Shown one piece after another: positions 20,500 through 33,893 of a stretch of DNA of 64,000 nt (within the stretch, counting starts at the first letter, position 1; every line of letters begins with the position of its first letter). The translations under genes and the position numbers were made by a program. The stretch covers positions 6,138,001 through 6,202,000 of the forward strand of contig JBHGNT010000006.1 of NCBI GenBank assembly GCA_043228905.1, read 5' to 3'. The DNA is from Azolla caroliniana (Eukaryota; Plantae; Polypodiophyta). The notes beneath the pieces were generated by a model. The model was not told where the DNA came from. It did not search any database and worked only from the letters and a program-made list of their open reading frames with translations.

Positions 20500-22200
20500 A
20501 AGATCTTGAGGTATTAACAAACGAGTGCTAGAACAACTCATGGGTGGTTTTATATTTCCAAAATTGACCTGTTTTGATCTGGCTCTACAATCGCAGACAT
20601 TTTTGCGAGAAATATAGTTCCTCTTTTGCTAAGAGAATTTTGCAAGGAGTTTTTTCCAGCATGAACAAGTATTGCTTGTGGGGAACCTCAATGTGAGGTG
20701 ACAAACCCATAAAAACAATATAACCTTTCAATGCTACAAAAACACTCAAAATGAAGGTGAAATATTCATAGAGAGGTCTCGGCAAATTGGAGACAATCAT
20801 AAAGAGAGACTAAGAGAGAACTCAATGAAACATAAGTCAACAATAGGAAACCATCTAAAGACTACACATTTCTAGCCAACCCCAGATGTCCAAAATGCCC
20901 ACAATATTAGCCAATGGAAAATGGAATTGTCTTGAAACTTATTGGGCAATAGATCAAACAACCAACATGGGTTCCCCAATAACGTGTTTGAAAACACAGG
21001 AGAATATTGCCATTTGAGTTGATGGATAAAGGTTGTTGTTTATGGACAAATCCATACAAGTGAATATTTGTATCTGTAATATCATATTGAACAAAGAGAA
21101 TAACTCGTTCTACTTTTCTCAAGGTGGTATCTTATTGGAAGTATAATTAATAAACATTGTTGTAAGCAATAAACCTAAATTCTAAAGTGTAATAAGTCTT
21201 TCCTTCCACCATTCCTCAAATCCAATTGATTTTTCAAGAGAGAATCATTGTGTCCTTGAACCCAAGGAGGTGGAAGAAATCGTATGTAGACGTTATGAGT
21301 CAATAGGTGCATTCCCCAAGATTCTTATGGAACATCTCTTTCTTTAATTGACAATCACAAAAACTACTTGATCCCTCCACTAGTGATACATGGTGAATGA
21401 TTATACTTGTTCAATAACTCTTGACTAGATATGCTTAGCACAAATCCATTATCACGATTGTGACCTATTGTTGCATGTTGAATCAAACTTAGAACACGTC
21501 CATTATCATTGACGACATCATAAATAAAGCTAATGCTTGATTTGGCTGTAAAGAATGCCTTAAATGGCTCCACATGGGTTAACAAGGTAACAAAAAGAGA
21601 ACTCAAATGGCTCCACATATTCCATAATACTTGAGTTTGGAAAGAATGACAGAAGGATAATACCCTTACATCCCTATCTTATTTTTGTTATGAAAACTCC
21701 ATTGTGTTTCTAACATGCCTTTGGCATCATAATCATCCACTCCTAAAGGCTAATATATCCTCTTTAACACTCTTCTCGTCTTCTTTTAGAGGGCCTTCCC
21801 ATTATGATGAGACAATGAGAGATTGTTTGTCACTTGTCAATTCATGTGTTTCCCTTAGAGCAAGGACAAATAATTCACACATTGTTTCTCTTGGATTCGC
21901 TTTTGTCGTTTCACCTCTCTAGTGCATTCACTAATTCATATGCACCCTTAGCCTTCTTCCCCTTGCATTCACATTAGGCTACATGGTTGTGTCTTCCTTG
22001 TCCCTAGGGCTTGATCCTATGTTATCACATATTCCTTTGTAGAACATTTGCATGCATTGTTGAATCATTTGATGAATAAAAAAGAGGAAACCATGTTATC
22101 CTCATATCTATCTCTCATGAGTCCATGTGGGGGCATATTGGTGGGTCACATCAAAGCTCCTCCACCTTAACAAATGTTTGGAGATGGAGAAATACCTTGT
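20500..22200 (-). mobile_element. Highly decayed Ty3/Gypsy LTR-retrotransposon internal remnant (gag/protease region)
   Basis: The minus strand near 21310-21260 reads APIDS*/STYDFF (cf. retropepsin ALIDSGSTHNF). Near 21065-21030 it reads YDI..L(G)MDL..KQQP with a frameshift (cf. YDVILGMDWL). Limits are uncertain. Confidence 0.4.
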
Positions 22201-23049
22201 ATTTTATGTGGGCACAACCCATAAGGTTGTGTGGCCCTGCAAAGTGGGGCTAATATTATAATCAACTTCTTTTAAAAATTCATATATTTTTAATCCATTG
22301 AAATTGGAGTTGCAAAGTTACCATTGAGTACTTGCTACCCATGTGAATGTTACTTAAAGACTTTCCTAAACAATAATGGTTTGAACCTTGTTTTTTAAGT
22401 TGTGTTTTGAATCGAACCTTGAAGATCCAATATTACACATAGTCCATCTAGTCTCGTGAGACTTAGAGATGTTGTGTTCCCTCCCTGGATATTTTGCTTT
22501 TAGAATATGAAAGAATATTGCTAAGCATTAAACATTTTAGGGCTCATACAACTGAATTTTAGAGTGACAATGGGTTCACATACATTATCATGGAAGTATT
22601 TACATCCCATTTTATGAATCGTGCCCTGAAGTTTGTAATTACACATACTCTATTAAGTCTTGTGAGCCTCGAAGCTTCAAAAATCAATTCTTGTGCTTGC
22701 TTGGGGGATTCAACATCACATGCACTCTATCAAGTCTTTGCGAGCCTTGAAGATTCAGAATTACACATATAGTATCAAGTCTTGTGAGCCCTCTGGTGTG
22801 ACGATTCAAAAAACTCTTAAATTTATTCGCAACATAAAAGACAAGGCACCTTTATGCAATTATCCTATGTACACAAGGCTTCCGAAGTGAAGGGTGTTGT
22901 ACTCTTCAAAAGAGGCATCGCCTTTGTCCAGAAGGATGAAAATAATAACGAGGCTTCAAAAAGAAATGTAAAAGTGAAATTTGTCCTTCACAAAAGAATG
23001 GCTGCTAAAGTTCAGCCCTTCCAACTCAAATGCATTACTCCATGTACGT

Positions 23050-23560
23050 GTTTAATTAAAATGTATATATATGTATGTTATCTATGCACACACAAATATG
23101 TTTGTATATTGAATGTATAAATAAACATACATGCGTATAGCAAGCTATATACATATATGTATGTATAGGAAAAAACAATATGCACGTGTAGTATCTATAT
23201 TCATAAAATCTATGTACGTAACAGTATGTATGCATGTATGTTGAATATCGTGCATATGTGCATATATGTACATATTGTATATTATATACACATATAGGGA
23301 AATACACCAATGCACCCATGAACTCCTTGTATATTTAATTGAATCAATCAAAAGAAAGGTAAATGATAATATGTCAAGTCACCCCCGGTCCCCACATATC
23401 CTAAAGAAATGTAAGAGGTAATTTATCGGGATACCTTTGAGCATCAATATAAATTTAATAGCCAATTTATGGGGACTACCTCTCCCCATCAAAAGAAATG
23501 TAATAGCCAATTTATCAGGATACCTCTCTCCATCAAAAGAAAGGTAAAAGCTAATATAGT
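23050..23560. repeat. Degenerate (TATG/TA)n microsatellite followed by 2-3 copies of a ~45-bp tandem unit
   Basis: tatatatgtatg-type decay at 23060-23300. aatagccaatttat..g.tacctctc.ccatcaaaagaaa is repeated at ~23457 and ~23502, with a weaker copy at ~23419. Confidence 0.7.
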
Positions 23561-24098
23561 TTCTAGCTTGATCTAATCCACATCTATAATTCGACAAGCG
23601 TTGACATTACGTGCTTTTTTCCTATGGTCAGAAGAGAGGTAAAAGCTAATATAGCTCTTTGGGGTCGCTATCTCTACATTGTGTTGTTCACTCGCTAGCT
23701 TCCATTCCCTAATTTCTGTTTCTTTTCATCAAATTTTGTTGCGTGAGTTCCTCAATCATTTCAATGATCTAGGGAAAGGAGATTGGCCTGGCCTGACAGA
23801 CAGGGGCAGTATTACATTTTTCGGTTTCTAGCTTGCCTAGCATTTTGTCTACGATTCGAGACACACACTAAACAATCGGGCCGAAGCAGAGCAAACGGAC
23901 AAATCGGTTTCTTCTTCGTGGACGAGAAGGAGACAGATCCCGGGAGGTTCTGGCTTGGCCCTCGTGCGGAAGTATGTAGTAGAGTGTTAGCGAAGGGTAA
24001 AAAAGTAAAGAGATAAAAGGAGGCGGACAAATTGCAAGTGTGGAAAGGGAAGGGGGAGGTAACCCCAACCCCTTCTTCATCATGAAAGGTAAAATTAT

Positions 24099-24106
24099 TA
24101 TATAAA
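24099..24106 (+). promoter_or_regulatory. Candidate TATA box for the LRR-RLK transcript
   Basis: TATATAAA lies immediately before the GAA-rich leader-like region. The assignment is inferred, with no transcript evidence. Confidence 0.35.
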
Positions 24107-24379
24107 AGAAAGAAAGAAAAAAACTTAATGAAGCGAAAGACACACACCCCCCTCTCTTGGCATGTCCGACGTTATCGTAGAAAATAACAAAAACCAAAAA
24201 GGAAGACTTGATGACATAAATACAATAGTAATGAGGCCATCGAGGTTTTATGAAAAGCTCGAGATTTACACAGTGGAATTGGCGTTTAAACGAAATCTCA
24301 GAAGACGCTGAAGCTGGAGAAGAAGGAGGAGCGAAGCTGAAGCTGAAGCTGCGGAGGAGTAAGAAGTAGCTGACGAGGA

Positions 24380-24505
24380 GGAAGAAAAAGAAGAATCTGA
24401 AGCAAAAGAAGAAGAAGAAGCAGAAGAAGAAGAAGAAGAAGAAGAAGAAGAAGATGATGATGATGATGATGATGAAGATGAAGATGAAGATGATGAAGAG
24501 GAATG
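24380..24505. repeat. (GAA)n/(GAT)n compound trinucleotide repeat
   Basis: Direct reading of the sequence. Confidence 0.9.
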
Positions 24506-25656
24506 ATTGATCAAGTCAGAAGAAAGCTTGACCAGAAACGAAAGCTTCGCTGTGCCTCAGAGAAGGAAGATTTGACAGACACAGAATAAGGCTGCAGAGA
24601 GCTCTAGCGAAGAAGGAATCTTTATGAACCTTAAGGGAAGAAGGAAGCTTTATGAAGGTTTAGAGAAGAGAACGTCGTGAGAGATCAAGAGCATTTTAAT
24701 CATCATCAGAGAAGGTTTCAATTATCAGAGAAGCAGGAGGATTGATCATCAGAGGGGAAGAAAGTCTTTATGAAACTTCAAAGAAGGAGGATTCTTCAGA
24801 TATCAAGAGAGTTTCGTCAGAGAAGAGGGCTTTAAAGAAGAAACTCTCAGCAGAGAACGAGAAAGAAGCTTTACTAAAGAAGAATGCTTCACAGAAGAAG
24901 TCTCCATTGTTCAGGCTAATTTCTTTTACTTTTACTTTTACTTCTACTACTTCTGCTTCTGGTTCTGCTACTACCACTACCACTACCACTACTTCCACCA
25001 CCACCACTTCTTCTTCTGAATCCACAGATCTGCTTCTGCTCTTTCTACCTGCGGAATACGTTCTATTAATTGGTGATTGATCTTCCAGAGGTATAGTCTC
25101 TACTAGTGATTTCTCTAACATTTCTCTCTTCAATGAAGTTAATGAAGGGGCATGATGTTGGAAACAAAGATTATGTTCAGTTCATTGACATGGATAATCC
25201 ACTGTACGCTGACATATCTTTGTTTCCAATATAATGCTGAGGTGAAGAACTGAACGTATATCGTTGTTTCCATTCATCATAATGCTGCTTTCTCAACCTT
25301 ATTTACTTCCATTTCTGCTGCAAAATTTTTATGTCTTCGATAGCTGCACTGTCCATGTCTTGAAAACTATAGTTATTTTCTTTTTGTTTGATTAAACTTT
25401 GGATGCTGAGAATCTCTTCTGATCTGCTATCTCCATGTGCAGGTTTCCAAAGAAATAGTGGTGATGGATAATGTGCATAGCTCAATGTCTAAATATGGAG
25501 CCTCAGAAATAATTACAGGGAAATTATGGAGGGAAATAGAAACAGATGTTATAGTAGTACTAAAGGGAACGTTTATCAAGCAGCTTCTTCTGCTGCTAAG
25601 ATGAAACCTTGTGCAGGGAGATAATTAAGAACCAAGTGTCCACTAAGACTAATACC

Positions 25657-28600
25657 ATGTATAACTCCAGCGACCATGACAATGCAGAACGAATTAGCAC
25701 CAGAGAAAGGCCGATACTGTACCAGAAGCTATGGGTTCTTCTTCGTTACATAATAATTGTGGCACTATTAAGCTCAAACTGTGCAGCAGTTAATGGAAGC
25801 AGCCTGGAAGCAGATGCATCTGCATTGTTAGGCATCAAAGCATCATTGTTTGATCCTGAAGGAGCATTACAGTCATGGAATCTGCAAGTAAATTCATCAA
25901 ATTCTTTCTGTAACTGGAGAGGTGTTATCTGTGGTTCAAATGGAAGAGTTAATGAGCTTCGTCTGCCAGGATTAGGCCTCACTGGCTCCCTTTCAGGTAC
26001 TAAATTTGCTTTGTCTTCTTTTGTTAGTACTCTCAAGTATGCCATGGCCACCGTACTAATTTAAGCAGTCCAATCCTAAATTAATGATTTTCAGAAGAGA
26101 TAGGAAAGCTTGGTGAGCTTCGCAAGCTCAGTCTGCGTCAGAATCGTTTTAATGGCTCTATTCCTGCTGCTCTGAGTAGTTGTGTTCATCTAAGAGCAAT
26201 CTATCTGCAGCATAATCACTTCTCTGGCCAGTTACCTGTTCATTTGTTTGACTTGTTAGAGCTACAGTACCTTGACCTTCATGACAATTCTCTGTTTGGC
26301 AACATTCCATGGCAGATCTCACAGCTTTCTTCACTCAGAAGCATCGATCTTTCAAGCAACAGATTCAGTGGAGATCTTCCATCATCAATCTCATCTTGTC
26401 AAAATTTGTCATCGGTAAACTTCTCTTTCAATCAATTTCAAGGCTCCATCCCACCTGAGTGGGCATTACTCTCCAACCTTTCCACACTTGACTTGGATTC
26501 TAATGCTCTCTATGGAAGTGTCCCATCTGCCATTGCAAACTGTTCGAAGCTCTCCGTACTCATCTTACAACGCAATTCATTTACAGGATCTATCCTTGCA
26601 AGTTTAGGTTCCCTAGCAAGGTTAACTATTCTCTCTTTAGCAGGAAACAGGTTCAGTGGTCCCATCCCATCTTCTCTTTTCAACAGTACTTCACTTTTGC
26701 TGCTCAATCTCAGTAACAATGACCTTACGGGGTTCCTTTCACCATTCTTTGGATTAAGTGGTTTACAACAGTTGGATTTTGGGAACAACGATCTCAGTGG
26801 TGCTATTCCTCCGTCTTTGGGAAACCTTTCTAACCTTGTATATCTGTCTCTGTCGAAGAACACTCTGAGTGGACCTATTCCTTATTCCCTTGGTAACAAT
26901 CTCAGGCAGTTGCAATTCATTAATTTGTCTGGAAATGCATTGACAGGAGACATTCCGCCTAGTCTTTTATACTCTTCTAATCTTCAAGTGGTGGACCTAG
27001 AAAGCAACAAGTTTTCGTCATTCTCTCCATCAGCTTTGGGATCACTGACACAACTACGTGTCCTCTCTTTAGCGGGAAATTTTCTCTCAGGAACAATTTC
27101 GATTGAACTTAGCAGATTAATAAACCTTCAGTCGCTTGATTTGAGCAGGAACAACCTGTCTGGTGATGTTCCAACTTTTGTTCTCTCTTGGAAAGGTCTA
27201 ACGAGCCTCTCCCTTTCTTCTAATTCTCTAAATGGGAGCATTCCTGAGCAATTGCTGGAGCTTATTAATTTACAAACCCTCGATCTCGGTCACAACAAAC
27301 TCTCAGGAACCATCCCTTTGTTCTTAGGGTCCTTTTCATCACTGCAAGTACTCAATTTATCAGGAAACAGTTTTTATGGATCTATACCCCCACATCTGGG
27401 AAAACTTTTGTCCTTGCGAATTCTTGATCTAAGCAAGCAGAGTCTTTCTGGCTCAATCCCTGTGGAATTTGGTGGATTACCGAATTTGAGAATCCTCTCT
27501 CTCGCTAGAAATCAGCTTACAGGATCCATCCCTGCAGCATTTAGCAGCCTTTCCACAGCAGAATTACTTGATTTCAGCTCTAATAGCCTGACTGGAAATA
27601 TTCCTGTCAGTATGGGTATGCTACAGAGATTAGTGCAGTTCTCGTTCTCTGATAATCTCTTACAAGGAAGCATTCCTCCAGACTTAGGCAATTGTTCCGG
27701 TTTACTGATCTTGGAAGGAAGAAACAATAAACTAAATGGCTCAATTCCAATGGAACTAGGCAAGCTACAGAAGCTGCAAAACCTCAATTTGGGATCAAAC
27801 AATCTCAGCGGTTCAATTCCTCCACAATTATTCAACTGCACGGCATTACAACAACTGGATCTCAGTTCTAATAACTTGTCAAGTGAAATACCTTCAGCTA
27901 TTCAAGATTTAAAAGAACTAACAATACTTGATCTTCGAGAAAACAGGTTGAATGGTAGTATACCAACAGATATTGGAAACCTGACTAAGCTACAAATCTT
28001 GGATCTCTCATCCAACCGACTTACAGGCTCTATCCCAGCTTCACTAGCAACAATCAGTAGCTTAAAGCAGTTAAATCTCTCTGATAATCTCTTGGAAGGT
28101 CAGATCCCTTCATCCCTGAGCAGGAGCTTCAATGCATCTTCATTTTCTGACGATCCTTCGCTTTGTGGAGCACCACTCAATGTCACTTGCCCTCGGACCA
28201 AGAAAAACACTAGGCTCGGAAAACATGCTATTATCTACATTGCCATAGGTGCTGGAGTGGTTGCATTATCTGCATTTGTATGCATTCTATGGCTAGTACT
28301 ATGTTATACCCGAAGCAATAAAAAGCAAACTGTTGTCACATCTGATGAGACAGCAGAGCAGAAGCTTGTGATGTTCTACAGTCCCATAACATATGCAGAT
28401 GTTCTACAAGCCACAGGACAATTCAATGAGGAACATGTTCTGAGCAGAACAAGGTATGGCATCATTTTCAAGGCTTACCTACAAGATGGAAGTGTGTTCT
28501 CTGTTCGGAAGTTACCAGAAGGAGGCATCGAAGAAGAGACATTTAGACGAGAGGCAGAGATGTTGGGTCGAGTAAAGCATAGGAACCTTGCAGTGCTGAG

Positions 28601-29369
28601 AGGTTACTATGTCTCTGGAGATGTGAAGCTTCTTGTGTACGATTATATGCCTAATGGTAACTTGTCTGCCCTCCTACAAGAGGCAGCACAACAAGGAGGC
28701 CATGTATTGAATTGGCCGATGCGACATCTTATTGCATTGGGTGTCGCTCGAGGTCTCTCATTTCTTCATTCTCAATGCAATCCGCCAATCATTCATGGGG
28801 ATGTGAAGCCACACAATGTACAATTTGATGCAGATTTCGAAGCCCATCTGTCTGATTTCGGCCTTGAGAGGTTAGCAGGATACATCCATGAAAGGCAGAT
28901 TAATGTCATCAACCCAGCCATAGATTTGTCTGTAGCTAGTAGCTCTTCAGGAGCTGTACTACAATCGGGTTCGTTGGGCTATGTCTCTCCTGAAGCCAGT
29001 CTTGTAGGTCATCCAACGCGAGAAGGTGACGTGTATAGCTTTGGAATTGTGCTTCTTGAATTGCTTACAGGACAAAGCCCTGTGATTTTTAGTAGACAAG
29101 ATGAAGATATAGTGAAATGGGTAAAGCGACAACTTCAGACAGGTCAAATGGATGAGCTTTTTGATCCAAGCCTTCTGGAGCTCGATCCAGAGTCATCAGA
29201 GTGGGAAGAGTTCTTGTTAGCTGTGAAGGTGGCTCTTCTCTGCACAGCTCCTGATCCAACAGACAGACCATCTATGACAGAGGTAATGTTTATGCTTGAA
29301 GGTTGTAGGGTAGGGGGAGATATCCCATCCTCATCTGACCCAGCTTCTCATATTACCTCTCCAGCTTAG
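25657..29369 (+). CDS. LRR receptor-like kinase, subfamily VII, MUSTACHES/At4g36180-like (~1204 aa)
   Basis: join(25657..25996,26095..29369); the GT-AG intron restores the frame (..LTGSLS-E-EIGKLGELRKLSL). Hydrophobic signal, LRRNT (CNWRGVIC), many LxxLxLxxNxLxGxIP repeats and a TM helix. The juxtamembrane/kinase KLVMFYSPIT..ATGQFNEEHVLSRTRYG and C-terminal ELDPESSEWEEFLLAVKVALLCTAPDP match MUS/MUL-type RLKs. The start codon choice is inferred. Confidence 0.93.
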
Positions 29370-29885
29370 TATATAGTCAGAAGGGGGCGTTTGCCATTTC
29401 ATTCTTTACTTAGGTAGCTCTTTTAGGTACCTCCAAGGTCATTGAATTTTTATAGCTTTAGAAGAGAACCAAGTGAATTTCGTACTCCACAAGCAACAGA
29501 ACAAAAGCTCCAAAATCTCTGAACTGATCACTCTCTCATAGTCCCCAAGCAAGACAAGGAAAGCTCCCAAGTTCATTGTTCATTGATTTGTGATAGGTCT
29601 ACTTTCTCATAGTCCACAGGCATGACAACAAAGCGAAACCTTTACTTACTGACGCTAACAAAGTTTACACAAAGATAAAGGAAAAGAAAGCCCTAACGAC
29701 CGTATCTTTTCTTTGTTGTAGCTTTTAAAGAGAACCAAAGTGAATGAATAGTAAACTCATAATAGTTCAACCGAAATAAAGGAAGAAAAGAAGCTCTCAA
29801 AGGCCAGTGATATTAAGGTAGGTAGTTTTAATAAGGAGCAATTCGTTTTGATGTTAAAAAAGGAACCAAGTGAACCCCCCTCTCT

Positions 29886-29914
<29 letters not shown>
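29886..29914. repeat. C29 homopolymer
   Basis: Direct reading of the sequence. Confidence 0.9.
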
Positions 29915-29916
<2 letters not shown>

Positions 29917-32437
29917 TCTGCCCAACAACTTTGGGAAGACAGACAAAAAAGAACTAGTCTTTTGCCTACCCTCTTTGAAAAATAGTTCTTTTTTAAGGAG
30001 CCAAAAATGTTTAATTGGTTTTCATGATAAAAATCATAAAGAATTCTTTTGACACTTTTGTCTCTTCTCAAGGACCGACTTTACTTCATTGAGTTGCGTC
30101 TCATGTAAAAGTGGAAAATTAATATTTTGATGCAATTATCGAGGAAACATACACTCACAAACCCATCTATGAATGTAAAGCTAAAATCCTTTTTGAGTTC
30201 TTTTTACAATTTTTTCTTTTTTCTGTGTACACAAGTTTCTGTCGTTCATGCATCAAGAATATTATTAGACTTGGATTGAGGGAGGATTACTAGCACTTTG
30301 GTCATCTGATATTTATTATAGGTTACTTCCAACATCAATATGCTTTGATGGAGTTTTTGCCATTTCATAGTTACTGTTGTTTGGGTTTGTAACGTCAATC
30401 TTGGTTGATATAGTCAGCACTATTTTTATTATTAAAATTAAACCAAGGAATTCAAGCACTATGGTCATGGTTGCAAAATCTACGCTCCTTGACCCATATA
30501 CATCAGTCAAGCGTTGTCAATTCAATATTTAATTTGCTGAACTCTACATTGTAATTTCAACTTTCACAAACACGAAAAGAACTTGGAAATTTTAGAACCC
30601 TGCGGAATGACTCAAACTTGTAACATCGGATTAGTCTATTTTTCGATTAGTTCATTCTCTCATGACTCTGTTGTGCGCCAATTGATGTGTTGGAATTGAC
30701 ATTGGACATTTGAATTATGTTATTTCATCCAATGACAGTTGTCAATATTCGTAATAGTGCAGCTTGGATGCAAATTTTTAACATTGTTGACCAGTACTCT
30801 GCGTTGATACACTGCTTGCATCTATATCCTGTTATGGTGTATGTAAGAGACTGTCAAGCAGTATCAAGATCACTCTTAAGATGTTCTTCTTGAACAATCT
30901 CACCACAACATTCGTACAATCTTCAAATATAAATAATATATATTTATCATATCTCCTGTATTAGAGTAGATTTTCAATGTTAAAACCATATTCACTATAG
31001 CTTGAATTGCCAAATGAGATCACGTGTTGTACTTTCATTTTCTACATTTTTTCACCTTTACCAACAAGGGCCATGAACCTGTAAGAACATGCATGAGAGT
31101 TCACACAGAGATTTACTTATAATCAAGAGAGATGAATACAATAACTCAAACGTAGACTGGCACTGCATCAAAATGGGATCAGAGTAAGTGATAGCTGCAT
31201 AGTCTTCAACTTCTAGACATATAATCAGGATCGTGCCACTCCAAATTATTGTAGGTCCTTTAATTTTGATATGAATTTTCCTTTCTTTTCTTCCTTGGCC
31301 AAAATTAATGTACATGTTAACAGGTTTGAATATCAGGAAAAAGAAATGAAAACTTGAGGCTTAATTTATTTATATTACCATTAGCATCAACTTGTCACAT
31401 GGGTCAAGTAACTTGGTTTTGTCTTATTAGCATGTCATGATGAATAAGAGTATCATTTCAACAAGAACAGTAGTTATTGTATTAAGGCACAGTGCACCCC
31501 AACTTACTCCAAAAAACCACTAAGTTCAACCATTCATATCTCCTATGACGAAATTTGAGCATTGGTAAATCGCCCAAACATGTCAAATAATTAAAAAACG
31601 CAATCACAATTACCATATCTTTTCAGCTGTCCTATGGCTATGGCTAACATGCTAAGTAAAGTCTGCATTGAGTCAACTTGCAAAAACCAAAAGACTGCAT
31701 TGCACCATGAAGCTTCAGAACATATATTAACATATTCAATAACTAACTTCTCGCAAGTTAACCCATAACTATGAGAAAAATGAGGTAAAACATCTGGAAA
31801 GAAGGAACTTCATAATAACAAGATAAAAAATTCAGGCATTTGATAAATTTAAACATATTATTTGAAAAACCACCTAGATAGCTCCAACTAAAACTTGATA
31901 GCAGCATTCATTGCAATGAACCCAACCAAAATCAGCCACTCCGATATAAGTACAGCTGGGCCCAAAATGGCGAAAGTCAACACTTCCTTACACATTATCC
32001 AGGAAATTTTGTTTGAAGATAGTAGCCCACATCCCAAATCTGTGTAGAAGATTTTATCAAAACATTTGGCTTGTGGACCTTTACCACATAACTACTTTCA
32101 TTGAAGATCTACTTCTGGGGACTTCCTATGCAAAACTGCTGTTGTTTAGTGTAGTCTCAAAACCAAATGCAAGTATGTCGACGCAGTGAAAAATGTCTCT
32201 CTAATGTCCATTACTGTGTATAGCAAATTCCTACAATGAAGATAAAAGCAAAAAGAATAGATTAATCATAGTTTCAAAAGCATCTGTTTTCCACAGAGTA
32301 TAAATAAATTTCCACCTTGGAAGAAAGTTGCTTAATTCAATTTCCACAATAGAATTGTCCAGCATAGAACACATGATAAAGCAGTAAAGCCTGTAAATTA
32401 AGATGGGGGGGAGGAAGTTGGAAACCTTACCTCAATT

Positions 32438-33893
32438 TTAACTGCTCTTCAAAAAGTGCGGATTCAATAGCTTGGCAAGCTCCAGAAAGTTACATTCATC
32501 CTTGCCCAACAAAGCTTTCAGTTTCTCATCACAGACAATGCGCCGTCGATCATCTGGATGCTGTCAGAAACAAAAGCATTAGAATTGATAGCCAAATTTA
32601 CAGCAATAGTAGCTATATTATCACTGGTTTCCTTGAAAAGTGAACACAGAGGGTTAGCACAAAAAACTGCAGACTATACAGGACATGAGATTATTTTTAA
32701 TACATAAGAAGTCTGTGTGGATACAACTGACAGTGATACATAAGTCATAACTTGTCAACATATCAAGCATGTACATTCCATTTGGCAAGGCTCATATACA
32801 TCTTTTGTAGCAATCCAAATGGTAAAATGAAGTATTAAATAAAATATTGAATTGAATTGGCCCATACTACTTCAAACAAGATGAATCACTGAAAATGCTT
32901 TGAAATAGTTAGCCAGGCGTGAAACTTGGATACTCAATTTGTTAACTAGAGTCCTGGTTAATATATTTATATACAATACATTCACTTGGCAATAATTGCT
33001 AAAAAACTTGCAAGTGTTGTGAAACATATGTTTACAAACTACTGCCTTGCCTTCTTAGTAAAATAAAAGTTAAGCCAGAATAATATCTTAACACAAGCTC
33101 TAGCTCGCCTATTTCACAAGAAGAAAATAAAGCCCAAGTACATGCATCAGCTACTCCAAAATTTTGACCAAGCAATAAAGATGATGCATCGTATGACAAC
33201 ATATAAGCTGTTCCATCCTATTCGCTATTTGTTGATTAACCTAACAAAATGGACTCCTCCACATTCAAGATATGACAACATATAAACTGTTTTCCATCCT
33301 ATTCGCTATTTCTTTATTTCTTGATTAACCTAACAAAATGGACTCCTCCACATTCAAGGCTTAACGGAATATCCACAAGTGTTTTTCTGTTAACAGAAAG
33401 AGAAACTTGGAGAAAGAACGCCTCAACTCACAAAAGAAGACAGCAACACGTAACAAAAAACGTTATGTTTAAACACGCAGAAATCGTGAAGGTTTGTAAG
33501 TTCTCTTACCTGCAAGTCGTGACCTTTGATGTAGTCCCAGACGAGCTTCATGGTGTCTGCGCGAGAGGCCTTGGGGAGTTCGAGGAAGTGTTGAAGAGCT
33601 GGAGAGATATCGAGTGGCTTCTTGAGGCCAGAGCCACGCGAGGAGGAAGAAGAAGGATCCTTTGGCGGGGCAGAAGCGGAAGAAGTTGAGGAAGACGAAG
33701 AAGAAGACTTGGAGGCAGCCTGAGCAGCTGCCAAAGAAGAAGAAGGAGAAGGAGAAGGAGAAGGAGAAGGAGAATGTGGAGACTGCACGGAGAGCACTAG
33801 GGACGAGCTTCTTCTGATGCGGGTCGTATAAGTGCGCAAGGAGTTGGGAGGGAGAGAAGCAGGCAGGTGGAAAGGGAAGGCAAGGCTAGCCAT
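32438..33893 (-). CDS. SWIB/MDM2 domain protein with predicted plastid transit peptide (168 aa)
   Basis: complement(join(32438..32560,33510..33893)). Ser/Pro-rich MASLAFP.. N-terminus, then GLKKPLDISPALQHFL..SRADTMKLVWDYIKGHDLQ|HPDDRRRIVCDEKLKALLG..FLELAKLLNPHF. Canonical GT-AG phase-0 intron. Confidence 0.93.
33193..33359. repeat. Intronic tandem duplication (~78-89 bp x2)
   Basis: tatgacaacatataa..ccatcctattcgctattt..ttgattaacctaacaaaatggactcctccacattcaag occurs twice in tandem. Confidence 0.9.

Noticed and set aside
24266-25133. Poly-Ser, poly-Thr, poly-Val and poly-Glu/Asp ORFs
   Set aside because: These are translations of GAA/GAT/ACC microsatellites. The acidic frame is closed by a TAA at 24360 and has no ATG.
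26244-29369. ORF-track start (MFDLL..) of the RLK
   Set aside because: It uses a TTG inside exon 2. The frame extends to the acceptor at 26095 and splices to the signal/LRRNT exon at 25657-25996.
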